This document shows positions 18,360-26,089 of a stretch of DNA of 64,000 bases, in pieces. The stretch comes from an uncultured virus (IMG/VR IMGVR_UViG_3300025653_000027). Its lineage: Duplodnaviria > Heunggongvirae > Uroviricota > Caudoviricetes. The notes beneath the pieces were generated by a model. That model was not told the DNA's origin and made no database searches. It saw nothing but the letters and a program-made list of their open reading frames with translations. Made by a program: the position numbers and the translations under genes. Numbering within the stretch: the stretch's first letter is position 1; every line of letters begins with the position of its first letter. Where the stretch lies: IMG/VR virus record IMGVR_UViG_3300025653_000027. One strand, written 5' to 3'.

Positions 18360-18498
18360 GGTGTGAAGTGGTGTTGAATGATAAGTAAAACTAATGGATA
18401 AGTTTAAGGACATTCCAGGTCCGCTGTTCTGTTACAGCATGAACGACTTCATATATAACAACAGGAATATAATTTCGGTAACAATAGATACCAAATCA

Positions 18499-18651
18499 AT
18501 GACTTTAACCTACAGAGGCTGCCGTTACGAGCAAAAGGAACAGGCCAAAGTGGATCGTGCCTGGTGGAACTTGGTCCACCGTCCCTGGAATGTGCTTGTG
18601 TACCGTAACAAGCGTTACTTTCCATACGTCACTGGAGGACAAATCAAATGA
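18499..18651 (+). CDS. DUF4278-like small protein
   Basis: MTLTYRGCRY with a second LVYRNKRY repeat; TATAAT at 18468. Confidence 0.65.
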   Translation: MTLTYRGCRYEQKEQAKVDRAWWNLVHRPWNVLVYRNKRYFPYVTGGQIK

Positions 18652-18764
18652 ACAAAGCACTGATCATTTATTTGGTCAATAAGAAAAAGAAAGTGGCACG
18701 TCAGGATATTGAATCCCAACGTGCATTAAAGGAATTAAAAAAACAAACGACTGCGTCCTTCTGA
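18648..18764 (+). CDS. Small basic protein (38 aa)
   Basis: MNKALIIYLVNKKKKVARQ...; ATGA overlap; GGAGG SD at 18634. Confidence 0.55.
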   Translation: MNKALIIYLVNKKKKVARQDIESQRALKELKKQTTASF

Positions 18765-18774
18765 TTCCCAGTCG

Positions 18775-19446
18775 TTAGCGCCCGAGCCATCCTGTTGATT
18801 TTTTGGGGAAGGCTGCTTCTCCGATAACAGGAAATTGATGACAGAAGATTTGTTTGATTCGTTCTGCGATTTCTCTGTGCTCGAGTTGGGTGGATTCGTC
18901 ACAACGAACTTCAAGGTAGTGAATCCAGGATCGTAAGCTACCTTTCATGTACATGGTTGTTGGCGAGGCTACAGGAAGCACAAAACGTGCACATTCTTTA
19001 GCCACGCCAGCACTGACCATCTCTTTATAGAGGTGTTCAGACTCTTCAAAGAGCTGGCTGATACGTCGGTAGTAACTGGCTACTTGGGTTGTACCAAGTG
19101 TTTCATGTAGATCATCAGTGGAATTCTGACGATTCTTTTTGTCTTGCCTCCTGAGATGAGGTATGGGTGAGTTACCAAGTAGATCAACGCTTGCATAACG
19201 TTGACTGAATTCTTGGAAAGAAAAGCTCCTGTGCCTGAGTATTTGAGGTGAGATTGCACGTGTTGTGTTGATTTCAACACACATATCTGCCATTTCAAAT
19301 GGCGACCAGTGTTTGTGCTCGATCAGATAACGGAGAAGCTTTGGTGCTGTCTCCATGTTGCGTTTGTTCTTTGGAGAAGAGACCCTTGCCATTTCGACAA
19401 TCATCTCTTCTGCGTTTGGTGTGGTCCAAACAAGATCAACCTTCAT
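18775..19446 (-). CDS. thyX: Flavin-dependent thymidylate synthase
   Basis: HWSPFE, RHRSFSFQEFSQRY and TQLEHR motifs. Confidence 0.95.
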   Translation of the reverse strand: MKVDLVWTTPNAEEMIVEMARVSSPKNKRNMETAPKLLRYLIEHKHWSPFEMADMCVEINTTRAISPQILRHRSFSFQEFSQRYASVDLLGNSPIPHLRRQDKKNRQNSTDDLHETLGTTQVASYYRRISQLFEESEHLYKEMVSAGVAKECARFVLPVASPTTMYMKGSLRSWIHYLEVRCDESTQLEHREIAERIKQIFCHQFPVIGEAAFPKKSTGWLGR

Positions 19447-19448
19447 GA

Positions 19449-19958
19449 TCAAACTCCAGCCAGTCCGTATTCTCTTTTCAGGAGAGCTTCAAGTTCAGAA
19501 GCATGGCAGATGCGCATCATTGAATGAGTAGCTGGAGACTTGAGGTGATCCCACTGAACTTTGACGTAAGGATCTTGAGCGATGATGAATGGAGCAAAAA
19601 GTTTTTGCATGGTCCAGCCTTCATTCAAACGTGTGAGATAACGTTTAACGGTAAAGGTAGACACACCTAAGTCTTTTGACAACTCAGAAATAGGAGTGCC
19701 ATTTGCCCAGTTTGTTTGAGCAATGAGCAACTTCTCTGCTGTCATTGGAGTTTTAAGAATTGGATTGGTTTGCTTTTTGCTCTTGGTAAAGATCTCAATG
19801 ATTGTTCCGTAGCGCTGAAAGTTAATGTCAGCTACCCGTTTTCTACCTGCGGCAGTATTAGCTGCAGCACCAATAGGTTTAGGTCGTTCAGCAACACGAT
19901 CACCAATGGAATAGGTGGTGTTCTTTGCTTTGTAAGTTGTGTGAGTTAGCTGTGGCAT
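19449..19958 (-). CDS. Hypothetical protein with internal HTH
   Basis: PISELSKDLGVSTFTVKRYL HTH lies between IGDRV and VKVQWD segments. Confidence 0.6.
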   Translation of the reverse strand: MPQLTHTTYKAKNTTYSIGDRVAERPKPIGAAANTAAGRKRVADINFQRYGTIIEIFTKSKKQTNPILKTPMTAEKLLIAQTNWANGTPISELSKDLGVSTFTVKRYLTRLNEGWTMQKLFAPFIIAQDPYVKVQWDHLKSPATHSMMRICHASELEALLKREYGLAGV

Positions 19959-20335
19959 TTGTAGAGATTGCAGTCGAAGGAGTCAGGTGTGTTGAATTCA
20001 GGTATCCCATAGGAGCAGGAGTTGCTCTGGTTATGGGAGCAGCTTGAACAGCTGGAGGTTACTTCATCAATTGGAAGCTCGAGAGAATTAATTTCAATTT
20101 TTAATACTGACTGTATCTTTTTGAGAATGGCAGAATTGTTTTTGGCATCATTGAAGAACTCATCCGAGACTTCATGAGTGGTTGTTGCAAATTTGCAACG
20201 ATCACACCTGTGTCTGCGACGAATAGCAAGTTTGCTGTTACGTGTTTCAATTACACGGAATGCAAACTCACTGCACTTCGGGCACTTCGGAAGTCTGAAG
20301 TACGTCCTGTCCGTGTTCGGATTCAACAGTTGCAT
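19946..20335 (-). CDS. NrdR-like zinc-ribbon protein lacking an ATP cone
   Basis: CPKC...VIETR....IRRRHRCDRCKFATTTHE; additional C-terminal Cys cluster. Confidence 0.7.
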   Translation of the reverse strand: MQLLNPNTDRTYFRLPKCPKCSEFAFRVIETRNSKLAIRRRHRCDRCKFATTTHEVSDEFFNDAKNNSAILKKIQSVLKIEINSLELPIDEVTSSCSSCSHNQSNSCSYGIPEFNTPDSFDCNLYKCHS

Positions 20336-20645
20336 TGTCGTCTGGAATTTTGTCGAGTTGCCAAAGGTCAAGTGTGTAGAGCGTTTGCTCTGTACCAACT
20401 GTTTTGAATGCATCAGCAATGACTTCTTTGTGGAAGCCATCCTGAGAATAAAAACAAATCAGGATTTCTTCTGCCTTTTCAAAGTCTGTTGGACTACCTG
20501 TCAACCGAATCAAAAGATCACTTGACATGTAATCAACGAGACAGGCAGAGAGTCCCTGGATGACACGAGGCCAGGTGTGGCCTGGAATCAACTCAGCAAC
20601 TTTATCAACCAGGTCTAAATCGACAACACGGTTGTTAGAAGTCAT
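20268..20645 (-). CDS. Hypothetical protein
   Basis: ORF starting MTSNNRV. Confidence 0.6.
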   Translation of the reverse strand: MTSNNRVVDLDLVDKVAELIPGHTWPRVIQGLSACLVDYMSSDLLIRLTGSPTDFEKAEEILICFYSQDGFHKEVIADAFKTVGTEQTLYTLDLWQLDKIPDDNATVESEHGQDVLQTSEVPEVQ

Positions 20646-20672
20646 AAGAAAAAGCCCCTGATAAACAGGGGC
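20646..20672 (-). terminator. Intrinsic terminator abutting ATG 20645
   Basis: Minus strand GCCCCTG-TTTAT-CAGGGGC-TTTTTCTT-ATG. Confidence 0.65.
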
Positions 20673-20693
20673 CATGTGATCTGCCAGTTAATA

Positions 20694-21050
20694 CTAGGCA
20701 GGTTGTGCTTCAGTGTCGACAGGAGGAGTGAATTGTCCTGTTGATTGCAACTTACTGAGCATGTCCATCATGAGTGTTGCGTTCTGCTGGGTCTGCTCCA
20801 TGAACTTGGATGCACGCTCTGCAGAGATGGTGTGGACAGTGCCATCGGCATTGGTGTACATCCAGCTGCCATCGGGCTGAGGATCGCCCTGGAGGGCAAG
20901 TTGCTCAGAGTTGTGTTGGTAGCAGACCCTGACGTTGTGGTAGTCCTGTAGACCGTTGGGATCGGTCCAGGTAGCTCCCATGTTGTAGTGGTGCTCCTCA
21001 TCCATGAAGAGATGGAACTCAGGGATGAGGGACTTGATTGCGTTAAACAT
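20694..21050 (-). CDS. Hypothetical protein
   Basis: ORF starting MFNAIKS, just downstream of tRNA-Leu. Confidence 0.6.
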   Translation of the reverse strand: MFNAIKSLIPEFHLFMDEEHHYNMGATWTDPNGLQDYHNVRVCYQHNSEQLALQGDPQPDGSWMYTNADGTVHTISAERASKFMEQTQQNATLMMDMLSKLQSTGQFTPPVDTEAQPA

Positions 21051-21074
21051 TTGAATGGTTTGAAGTTGAGTGTG

Positions 21075-21161
21075 TGGTAGGGACGGTGGGACTTGAACCC
21101 ACACGGTCAAATGACCAACGGATTTTAAGTCCGATGCGTCTACCTATTCCGCCACGTCCCC
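21075..21161 (-). tRNA. trnL: tRNA-Leu(UAA), intron-less, CCA encoded
   Basis: GGGGACG TGGCGGAATAGGTAGACGC ATCGGA-CTTAAAA-TCCG, long variable arm, GTGGG-TTCAAGT-CCCAC CGTCCCT A CCA. Confidence 0.95.
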
Positions 21162-21371
21162 TTGACTTGGACTTACGTCTACATCGATTGATGTGGAGTG
21201 CCAAGTGTGATCATGAGGTAACGGCTCAGTGCCGTACTCCCAGGTATCGTAATCCTCCTCATTGCGAGGATCGTCTTCAATCAAGATGTACTTGGGTGAA
21301 TTGTCATCAATGTACTCACCAATGTTGGCCATAGCCATGGCGAGTAACTGTTCTTCAGTGTAGTCAGCCAT
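21144..21371 (-). CDS. Acidic hypothetical protein whose stop lies inside tRNA-Leu
   Basis: MADYTEEQ...SQGDVAE*; TAG at 21146-21144. Confidence 0.55.
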   Translation of the reverse strand: MADYTEEQLLAMAMANIGEYIDDNSPKYILIEDDPRNEEDYDTWEYGTEPLPHDHTWHSTSIDVDVSPSQGDVAE

Positions 21372-21373
21372 AG

Positions 21374-21407
21374 AAAAAAAGGGGTCCTTTAACGAGGATA
21401 GGACCCC
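21374..21407 (-). terminator. Intrinsic terminator just before ATG 21371
   Basis: Minus strand GGGGTCCT-ATCCTCGTTAA-AGGACCCC-TTTTTTT-CT-ATG. Confidence 0.7.
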
Positions 21408-21451
21408 CTGGCTTGAACAGCTGTCAGATGTTAGTGCATCTAGAACTGATG

Positions 21452-21715
21452 TCAATCTAGATCGTAGTCACTGTCATCAATGGGAATAAGGTCCCAGTCG
21501 AGGTCGAGTGAATCAAGATAGCTGCAGAAGCCATCTTCGTTAGTAGGGACATGTTCTCCCTCATCCAGGTAGAACACAGCTCGACACAGTGCCGGAGCGT
21601 ACTCAGGAGGTGACCAGCGAGTTCCACGAGAGATGAGGCCAGCATCTCCAATGATTGCTTCAACTGTGACCAGATCATCTTTGATTGTGGTGGATTCGAT
21701 TGCAAGTACAGCCAT
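21452..21715 (-). CDS. Hypothetical protein
   Basis: ORF with PPEYAPALC motif. Confidence 0.6.
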   Translation of the reverse strand: MAVLAIESTTIKDDLVTVEAIIGDAGLISRGTRWSPPEYAPALCRAVFYLDEGEHVPTNEDGFCSYLDSLDLDWDLIPIDDSDYDLD

Positions 21716-21888
21716 TAGTCAGGCTCCACGAATGAAACTGTTTTGGTGATGTAGCACTTGTATTTTGTCCACTGACGAGCAGTGGTGTACTCACCAATAA
21801 ACCGGTCTGGATCAACAGGGTGCAGCTTGGCGCGTTGCATAGCGCAATTTGCAATGTTGAGTCTGTCAAAGAAAGTAAGTTCTTCCAT
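21715..21888 (-). CDS. Small hypothetical protein (57 aa, MEELTFFDRL...)
   Basis: Manually read ORF; TAATG coupling to the next gene. Confidence 0.5.
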   Translation of the reverse strand: MEELTFFDRLNIANCAMQRAKLHPVDPDRFIGEYTTARQWTKYKCYITKTVSFVEPD

Positions 21889-21915
21889 GGAATGAAGTGG
21901 TGTTGTGTGGAAAGG

Positions 21916-21943
21916 CTGGGACTTACACGGTAAGGATGCCCAG
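21916..21943 (-). repeat. Repeat family C, copy 1
   Basis: CTGGGCATC-CTTACC-GTGTAAGTCCCAG. Confidence 0.75.
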
Positions 21944-21948
21944 GTGTT

Positions 21949-22149
21949 TCAGAATAGTTTGATGTTCCTTTTACTTAGTCCGGTGCCGGGGATCCCTACG
22001 GATCCACGGACACCTGACCCACGAACATTAAAAGTAATTTGGAATGGTCCAACTTTGATTCCTTTACTGAAGGATTTGATACCACGTTCAGTGATATTGA
22101 ATCCAGCAACAGTCTTATCAAAGTTGAAGGAAGATTTGTGTTGTGTCAT
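21949..22149 (-). CDS. DUF4236-like protein
   Basis: FSKGIKVGPFQITFN...SVGIPGTGLS. Confidence 0.6.
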   Translation of the reverse strand: MTQHKSSFNFDKTVAGFNITERGIKSFSKGIKVGPFQITFNVRGSGVRGSVGIPGTGLSKRNIKLF

Positions 22150-22316
22150 TGTTTGGTACGCAGATTGTCAAGGACATAATCGGTGATGTCGTCCCAGTTA
22201 TCAGCACAGGCTTCATTTTCAATTGCTTCCTTGACAGCTGTTGTGTAGTCACGTTTGAGAATTGTGTAGTCAGTTCCATCGATGTGGATGACTAGACGGA
22301 AAACAACTCTTTTCAT
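22146..22316 (-). CDS. Small early protein
   Basis: MKRVVFRLVIHIDG...; stop overlaps the next start. Confidence 0.55.
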   Translation of the reverse strand: MKRVVFRLVIHIDGTDYTILKRDYTTAVKEAIENEACADNWDDITDYVLDNLRTKQ

Positions 22317-22408
22317 GGTGTGAAATGGAATTGAGGTGAGCTTACCGGTGATTTGCGCCGAAAGCAATACCCATGGCAATCAGGAGATCTTATTAGAGGG
22401 TTAGTGTC

Positions 22409-22456
22409 TCTAATAGAAGAGATCCCCCTGGTGCTCCCTTACGGGGGCTTGGGGGG
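22409..22456. repeat. Repeat family D (G-rich nested hairpin), copy 1
   Basis: TCTAATAGAAGAGATCCCCCTGGTGCTCCCTTACGGGGGCTTGGGGGG. Confidence 0.75.
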
Positions 22457-22602
22457 ACCTAGTCCTGGACTGCTCAGGCTCGTGGTTTAACAATACCAAG
22501 CTAATTGCCAACGCAAAAAAGAATGCCAACAAATGGGTTCGTTGGCAATTGTTGGGAGAAAGCTAGGCAGATGAGCCTTTAGGTTTGCTTAATGTTTGGG
22601 AG

Positions 22603-22896
22603 TTAACTCCACGCCATGCGCTTCTCCTCATAGGCACGCTTGTGCATTTCATCCATTGTCATGGGTGGTTCTGAAGTGACACCAAGGTCAGCATCAGAAG
22701 GTGCCCAGTCCAATTCGTTTTCCAGTTGAGGAATGATCTCATCTTCTAGCAATGAACGCATTGAGGAAGTGAGGTGTTCATCCATCTGGTGCCTCTTGTT
22801 TTCTCTCTCGATTACTGCCTTGAGATCAGACAGTATTCTTTGGAGATAAACAGATTCGTGTGTTGTGATTTTCATGGCATTGAAAGGAATGTACAT
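22603..22896 (-). CDS. Early hypothetical protein
   Basis: ORF. Confidence 0.6.
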   Translation of the reverse strand: MYIPFNAMKITTHESVYLQRILSDLKAVIERENKRHQMDEHLTSSMRSLLEDEIIPQLENELDWAPSDADLGVTSEPPMTMDEMHKRAYEEKRMAWS

Positions 22897-22899
22897 GGA

Positions 22900-22945
22900 T
22901 CTAATAGAGAGATTCCCTGGTGCTCCCCTTCGGGGGTGTGGGGGG
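22900..22945. repeat. Repeat family D, copy 2
   Basis: TCTAATAGAGAGATTCCCTGGTGCTCCCCTTCGGGGGTGTGGGGGG. Confidence 0.75.
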
Positions 22946-22986
22946 TAGGACCGTAGTTATCGGTCAATGCCCCCCAGTGAAGTTGC

Positions 22987-23253
22987 TCATCTTGGAGGCA
23001 AGATGATCCAACCTGTGTAGTTGTCTGCACTGCGATCAGTGCTGATCAAGTTAAGTTTCTCAAGACTGTCAATGATCTTGATGTAAGCATCAAGCTTTGT
23101 CATACCAGGCATGTTGTTCATTGAAGTCATCGGATTCCTTGGTACATAGCATGGAGTGTTGGGATGACGCTTCACGTGTGACAAGTAGTAACGATAGAGA
23201 TTCCTCTGGTTTTTGGACAGAGGAGGTACTGCGTTGAGAACTTGAGTTGACAT
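22987..23253 (-). CDS. Early protein, possible winged-helix
   Basis: LSKNQRNLYRY...IDSLEKLNLI. Confidence 0.55.
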   Translation of the reverse strand: MSTQVLNAVPPLSKNQRNLYRYYLSHVKRHPNTPCYVPRNPMTSMNNMPGMTKLDAYIKIIDSLEKLNLISTDRSADNYTGWIILPPR

Positions 23254-23272
23254 CAGAGTGTGAGTTGCCCGA

Positions 23273-23641
23273 TCAGATTAAACCAAGGATTGAGAGCCAG
23301 CTGTCGGGATGGTCTGGTTCGACATCGTCTCCTGCTGGGGTGTAGGCAACAGAGTCAAATGTCCATTCTTCGATGTCCTCGTTGCTTGGGACCTCGTACC
23401 AACCTTGGAGTTCTTCGGCTTCGAGCGAGCTGTAGTTACCTCCTTGAGGTTTCCAGTAGCACTTGAGGATGCCTTTGTCGCTGTAGACCGAGCCGTTCTT
23501 CGGGTAGGTTTTGAGGTCACCGAGGACAATGAGCTTTGGATCGAAGTTGCAGTCAGCTTGGAATTGCTCTTCGTAGTCTTCTTCGGAGAAGGGGACGTAC
23601 CCGAAGGATTGGGCGACTGCTTTGGTGTCGGAATGAAGCAT
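23273..23641 (-). CDS. Early hypothetical protein
   Basis: C-terminal VEPDHPDSWLSILGLI motif. Confidence 0.6.
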   Translation of the reverse strand: MLHSDTKAVAQSFGYVPFSEEDYEEQFQADCNFDPKLIVLGDLKTYPKNGSVYSDKGILKCYWKPQGGNYSSLEAEELQGWYEVPSNEDIEEWTFDSVAYTPAGDDVEPDHPDSWLSILGLI

Positions 23642-23892
23642 GAGATTAGTGTGGTGATGAGGATTGAGATGAGAACAATGATGACGAGAATGATATCGTC
23701 TTCAAGTTCTTGACGTGTCCATTGTTGTTTGGTCATGAAAATTCTCCTGTAGTTGTTGAAGTTGTTTGAGATCTGCTTCTGATGCTTCTCGCATGGCTTC
23801 GTTGATGTCATGTTGACGGTCAGCCATGAATTCAAGAAGATCAGGATCAGAGTGGAATTGAGTCATGGTGTCAAATGGACGGCATGAAAAAG

Positions 23893-24001
23893 CTGGGACT
23901 TACACTGTGTCTTTCTAGGCTGTTTGCCTAGCGACTACAGATGCCCATGAATGAAAGTACTGGGTCTTACACATCCAGTTGGCGTGGATGATGCCCAGTA
24001 C
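23893..24001 (-). repeat. Repeat family C, tandem copies 2 (23893-23947) and 3 (23957-24001)
   Basis: TGGGCATC-[hairpin]-GTGTAAG(T/A)CCCAG with different internal hairpins. Confidence 0.75.
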
Positions 24002-24017
24002 ATATGTACTACGAAGC

Positions 24018-24512
24018 TTAGATTGTTACGTGCTTCCAGCTGATGCCACGAGCAATGTTCGAGACAGCGCAAGCTGTGATGTCGTAAGCATGGCCAATCT
24101 CTTTGTATGCCTTGGTCACAGACGGAAACTTGCTCATGATCTCTTTGTCGGCAAGCATCATCTTGATCTCAATGACTTGAGCTTCGTTCAGCTTGGGGAT
24201 GCGTCCTCGGTAACGGAGGTGCGTTGTTCCATAGGCACCACCTCGAGGAGGCTTGGCTTGGGATGACTTCTTCCCCTGGATCTCCTTACGAACAAAAGTC
24301 CGTACCGATGACGAAGGGAGAGAGGGGGAATCGGGGGAAGTGGTATCAAATGGTTCCTTGGCATTCAATGGATAACCAAGGGTGAGACTCACTCCATCCT
24401 TGAGAACCGAGATGGTCAGCTTGTCATCTTTGGTGATGACGGTCAGGTGGTCAGGCTTGGAGAGGTCGAACTGGTTTAAGAGTTCCAATGGAGGATAGGT
24501 GGACGTGAACAC
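24018..24512 (-). CDS. Protein with C-terminal HTH (type found at HNH nuclease C-termini)
   Basis: KLNEAQVIEIK...EIGHAYDITACAVSNIARGISWKHV. Confidence 0.6.
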   Translation of the reverse strand: MFTSTYPPLELLNQFDLSKPDHLTVITKDDKLTISVLKDGVSLTLGYPLNAKEPFDTTSPDSPSLPSSSVRTFVRKEIQGKKSSQAKPPRGGAYGTTHLRYRGRIPKLNEAQVIEIKMMLADKEIMSKFPSVTKAYKEIGHAYDITACAVSNIARGISWKHVTI

Positions 24513-24816
24513 CTAGAGGATAACGACTAAATAGAAAGGTGCAACCACCATAGATAGTGCCTACACCTTTGCTGTCGTCTAGTGATGGTGTTGGTAGGGA
24601 ATGACTTCAATGGGAGTGACTGCAGGCTTCTTTGCGGTGATGTCAAAGCCAAGGAATGCAGCTGCCGTCATTGAAGCCATAGCGACTGCGAGGATGCCGA
24701 CGATGATGTCATCTCGACGTGTCTCACGAGACTTAGGATTAGATTGTTTCATGGTGAATCAAAGAAGGTCATCAAAGTCACCTGCTTCCAGGTGTTGAGC
24801 AAAATCTGTCAGGAAT

Positions 24817-25023
24817 TCATTCACGCTCCAGCAGTTCGGGGTAGTATTCTTTAACTTCAGTAATCAACTCTTCGTCCGAATACTTATCATAATTTTCATC
24901 CATCTGATCATAAAGAATTGCCATCATAGTTTTGATGTCCATGTCATCCAGGATTTGCTGGATTAAGTCCTGTTGGAGTTTAGAACGATTCATGAGTTTC
25001 AGTTCAGTAATTTGGAATTGCAT
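24817..25023 (-). CDS. Small early protein
   Basis: ORF ending EVKEYYPELLERE. Confidence 0.55.
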   Translation of the reverse strand: MQFQITELKLMNRSKLQQDLIQQILDDMDIKTMMAILYDQMDENYDKYSDEELITEVKEYYPELLERE

Positions 25024-25025
25024 GA

Positions 25026-25214
25026 TTAATCGTCCAGTTCTGCGTTGAGCATGATGCTACGTGGATAGATGTCAACGATGCCGTTGGGGAACATCTCCTC
25101 GTACTCATCAAGTTTGTGTTCGCATTGCTCCCTGCTGTCACTGTGGAACAGGACACGGAGTCTGCCTTCATCTGTCATTAAACAGATGCTGAATTGTCTG
25201 AAGTCTGGTTCCAT
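25026..25214 (-). CDS. Small early protein
   Basis: ORF. Confidence 0.55.
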   Translation of the reverse strand: MEPDFRQFSICLMTDEGRLRVLFHSDSREQCEHKLDEYEEMFPNGIVDIYPRSIMLNAELDD

Positions 25215-25220
25215 GATGAA

Positions 25221-25547
25221 TCAGAGTAGTTCGTTGAGGAGTTCCTGCGTCTTCTCGAAGCGTGAAGGCTCGATCGGTCGCAGTGGTGTGTAGTTGCGGA
25301 TCCGACTACGGATCTTGGCGTGTCTGTCTCTCCACTTGGGAGTGATACCAAGCTCCTTAAGCTTCTTGACAAACGTTGCTGCGTCCTGGTCTTCTTCCAG
25401 GTAGACGTAGCTCAGACGTTCATACGAGAAGCAAGTAAAGAACTTACGCCAGTATGGACCAAACAGCTCACTCAAGTAGGACTTGGTGACCTTGATCCAA
25501 CCATGCGAAGGGTCGGATATGTATTCAAACGTTCGTGTTTTAGTCAT
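25221..25547 (-). CDS. Early phage protein
   Basis: DPSHGW...FSY....VYLEEDQDA...SRIRNY motif; GGAGG SD. Confidence 0.7.
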   Translation of the reverse strand: MTKTRTFEYISDPSHGWIKVTKSYLSELFGPYWRKFFTCFSYERLSYVYLEEDQDAATFVKKLKELGITPKWRDRHAKIRSRIRNYTPLRPIEPSRFEKTQELLNELL

Positions 25548-25573
25548 GTACCTCCGAATGGAATGGATTTGTG

Positions 25574-25618
25574 TGCAGCCATGAGGGCTGCAGAAAAGGG
25601 CCGTAGCCCTTTAGTGCA
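25574..25618 (-). repeat. Repeat family B (cUACGg tetraloop plus second hairpin), copy 1
   Basis: TGCACT-AAAGGGC-TACG-GCCCTTT-TC-TGCAGCC-CTCAT-GGCTGCA. Confidence 0.7.
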
Positions 25619-25630
25619 ACCGTCAGTGCA

Positions 25631-26011
25631 TCAGAAAGGAATCTCTTCCAGGGTGGGTTCCACCTTGGCTGAGTCTTCTGCCTTGGGTTGAGGCTTGGGT
25701 TCCATGTGATAGGAATCCACAAACAACTCAACCTCTGGGTACTTGAGCGGCTTCAGGATGTCCTGGTCATCCATGTAGAAGGAACGGATGCCTTTGATCC
25801 TGCCACTCACCGTTAAGCCTTGGCCAACGATGAAGTTGCCGTTGTTGTATGCAGTCAACAGACCATTCTTGTTCCAGAAGACAACTCGGACTTCAGATTC
25901 GACACCGATCTTGTGTCCAAGTTTGACTTTGATGAAGTCAGCCCCCTGGTATTGAAGGGTCTGAAGGTGCATGACACGACCATGCAGAGTGATGTGCTGA
26001 AGATCATTCAT
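25631..26011 (-). CDS. Second SSB-like OB-fold protein
   Basis: ITLHGRV...GLTVSGRI...; C-terminus LEEIPF. Confidence 0.6.
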   Translation of the reverse strand: MNDLQHITLHGRVMHLQTLQYQGADFIKVKLGHKIGVESEVRVVFWNKNGLLTAYNNGNFIVGQGLTVSGRIKGIRSFYMDDQDILKPLKYPEVELFVDSYHMEPKPQPKAEDSAKVEPTLEEIPF

Positions 26012-26037
26012 GGTTTGAATGCAATGGTATGGAGTAG

Positions 26038-26085
26038 TACAGGATGTTGAGTCCTGCAGAGAGGGGGCCGTAGCCCCTCAGTGCA
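26038..26085 (-). repeat. Repeat family B, copy 2
   Basis: TGCACT-GAGGGGC-TACG-GCCCCCTC-TC-TGCAGGA-CTCAACA-TCCTGTA. Confidence 0.7.
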
Positions 26086-26089
26086 GAAG

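Noticed and set aside
18410..18447. Glutamine (Downstream-peptide/glnA) riboswitch near the DUF4278-like gene
   Set aside because: The CGTTCA...GGAATG hairpin is on the opposite strand to the DUF4278-like gene and lacks the other conserved riboswitch elements; at most a leader hairpin for the gp88-like gene
21075..21161. Group I intron in tRNA-Leu(UAA), as in many cyanobacteria
   Set aside because: The anticodon loop CTTAAAA is contiguous; no insertion is present
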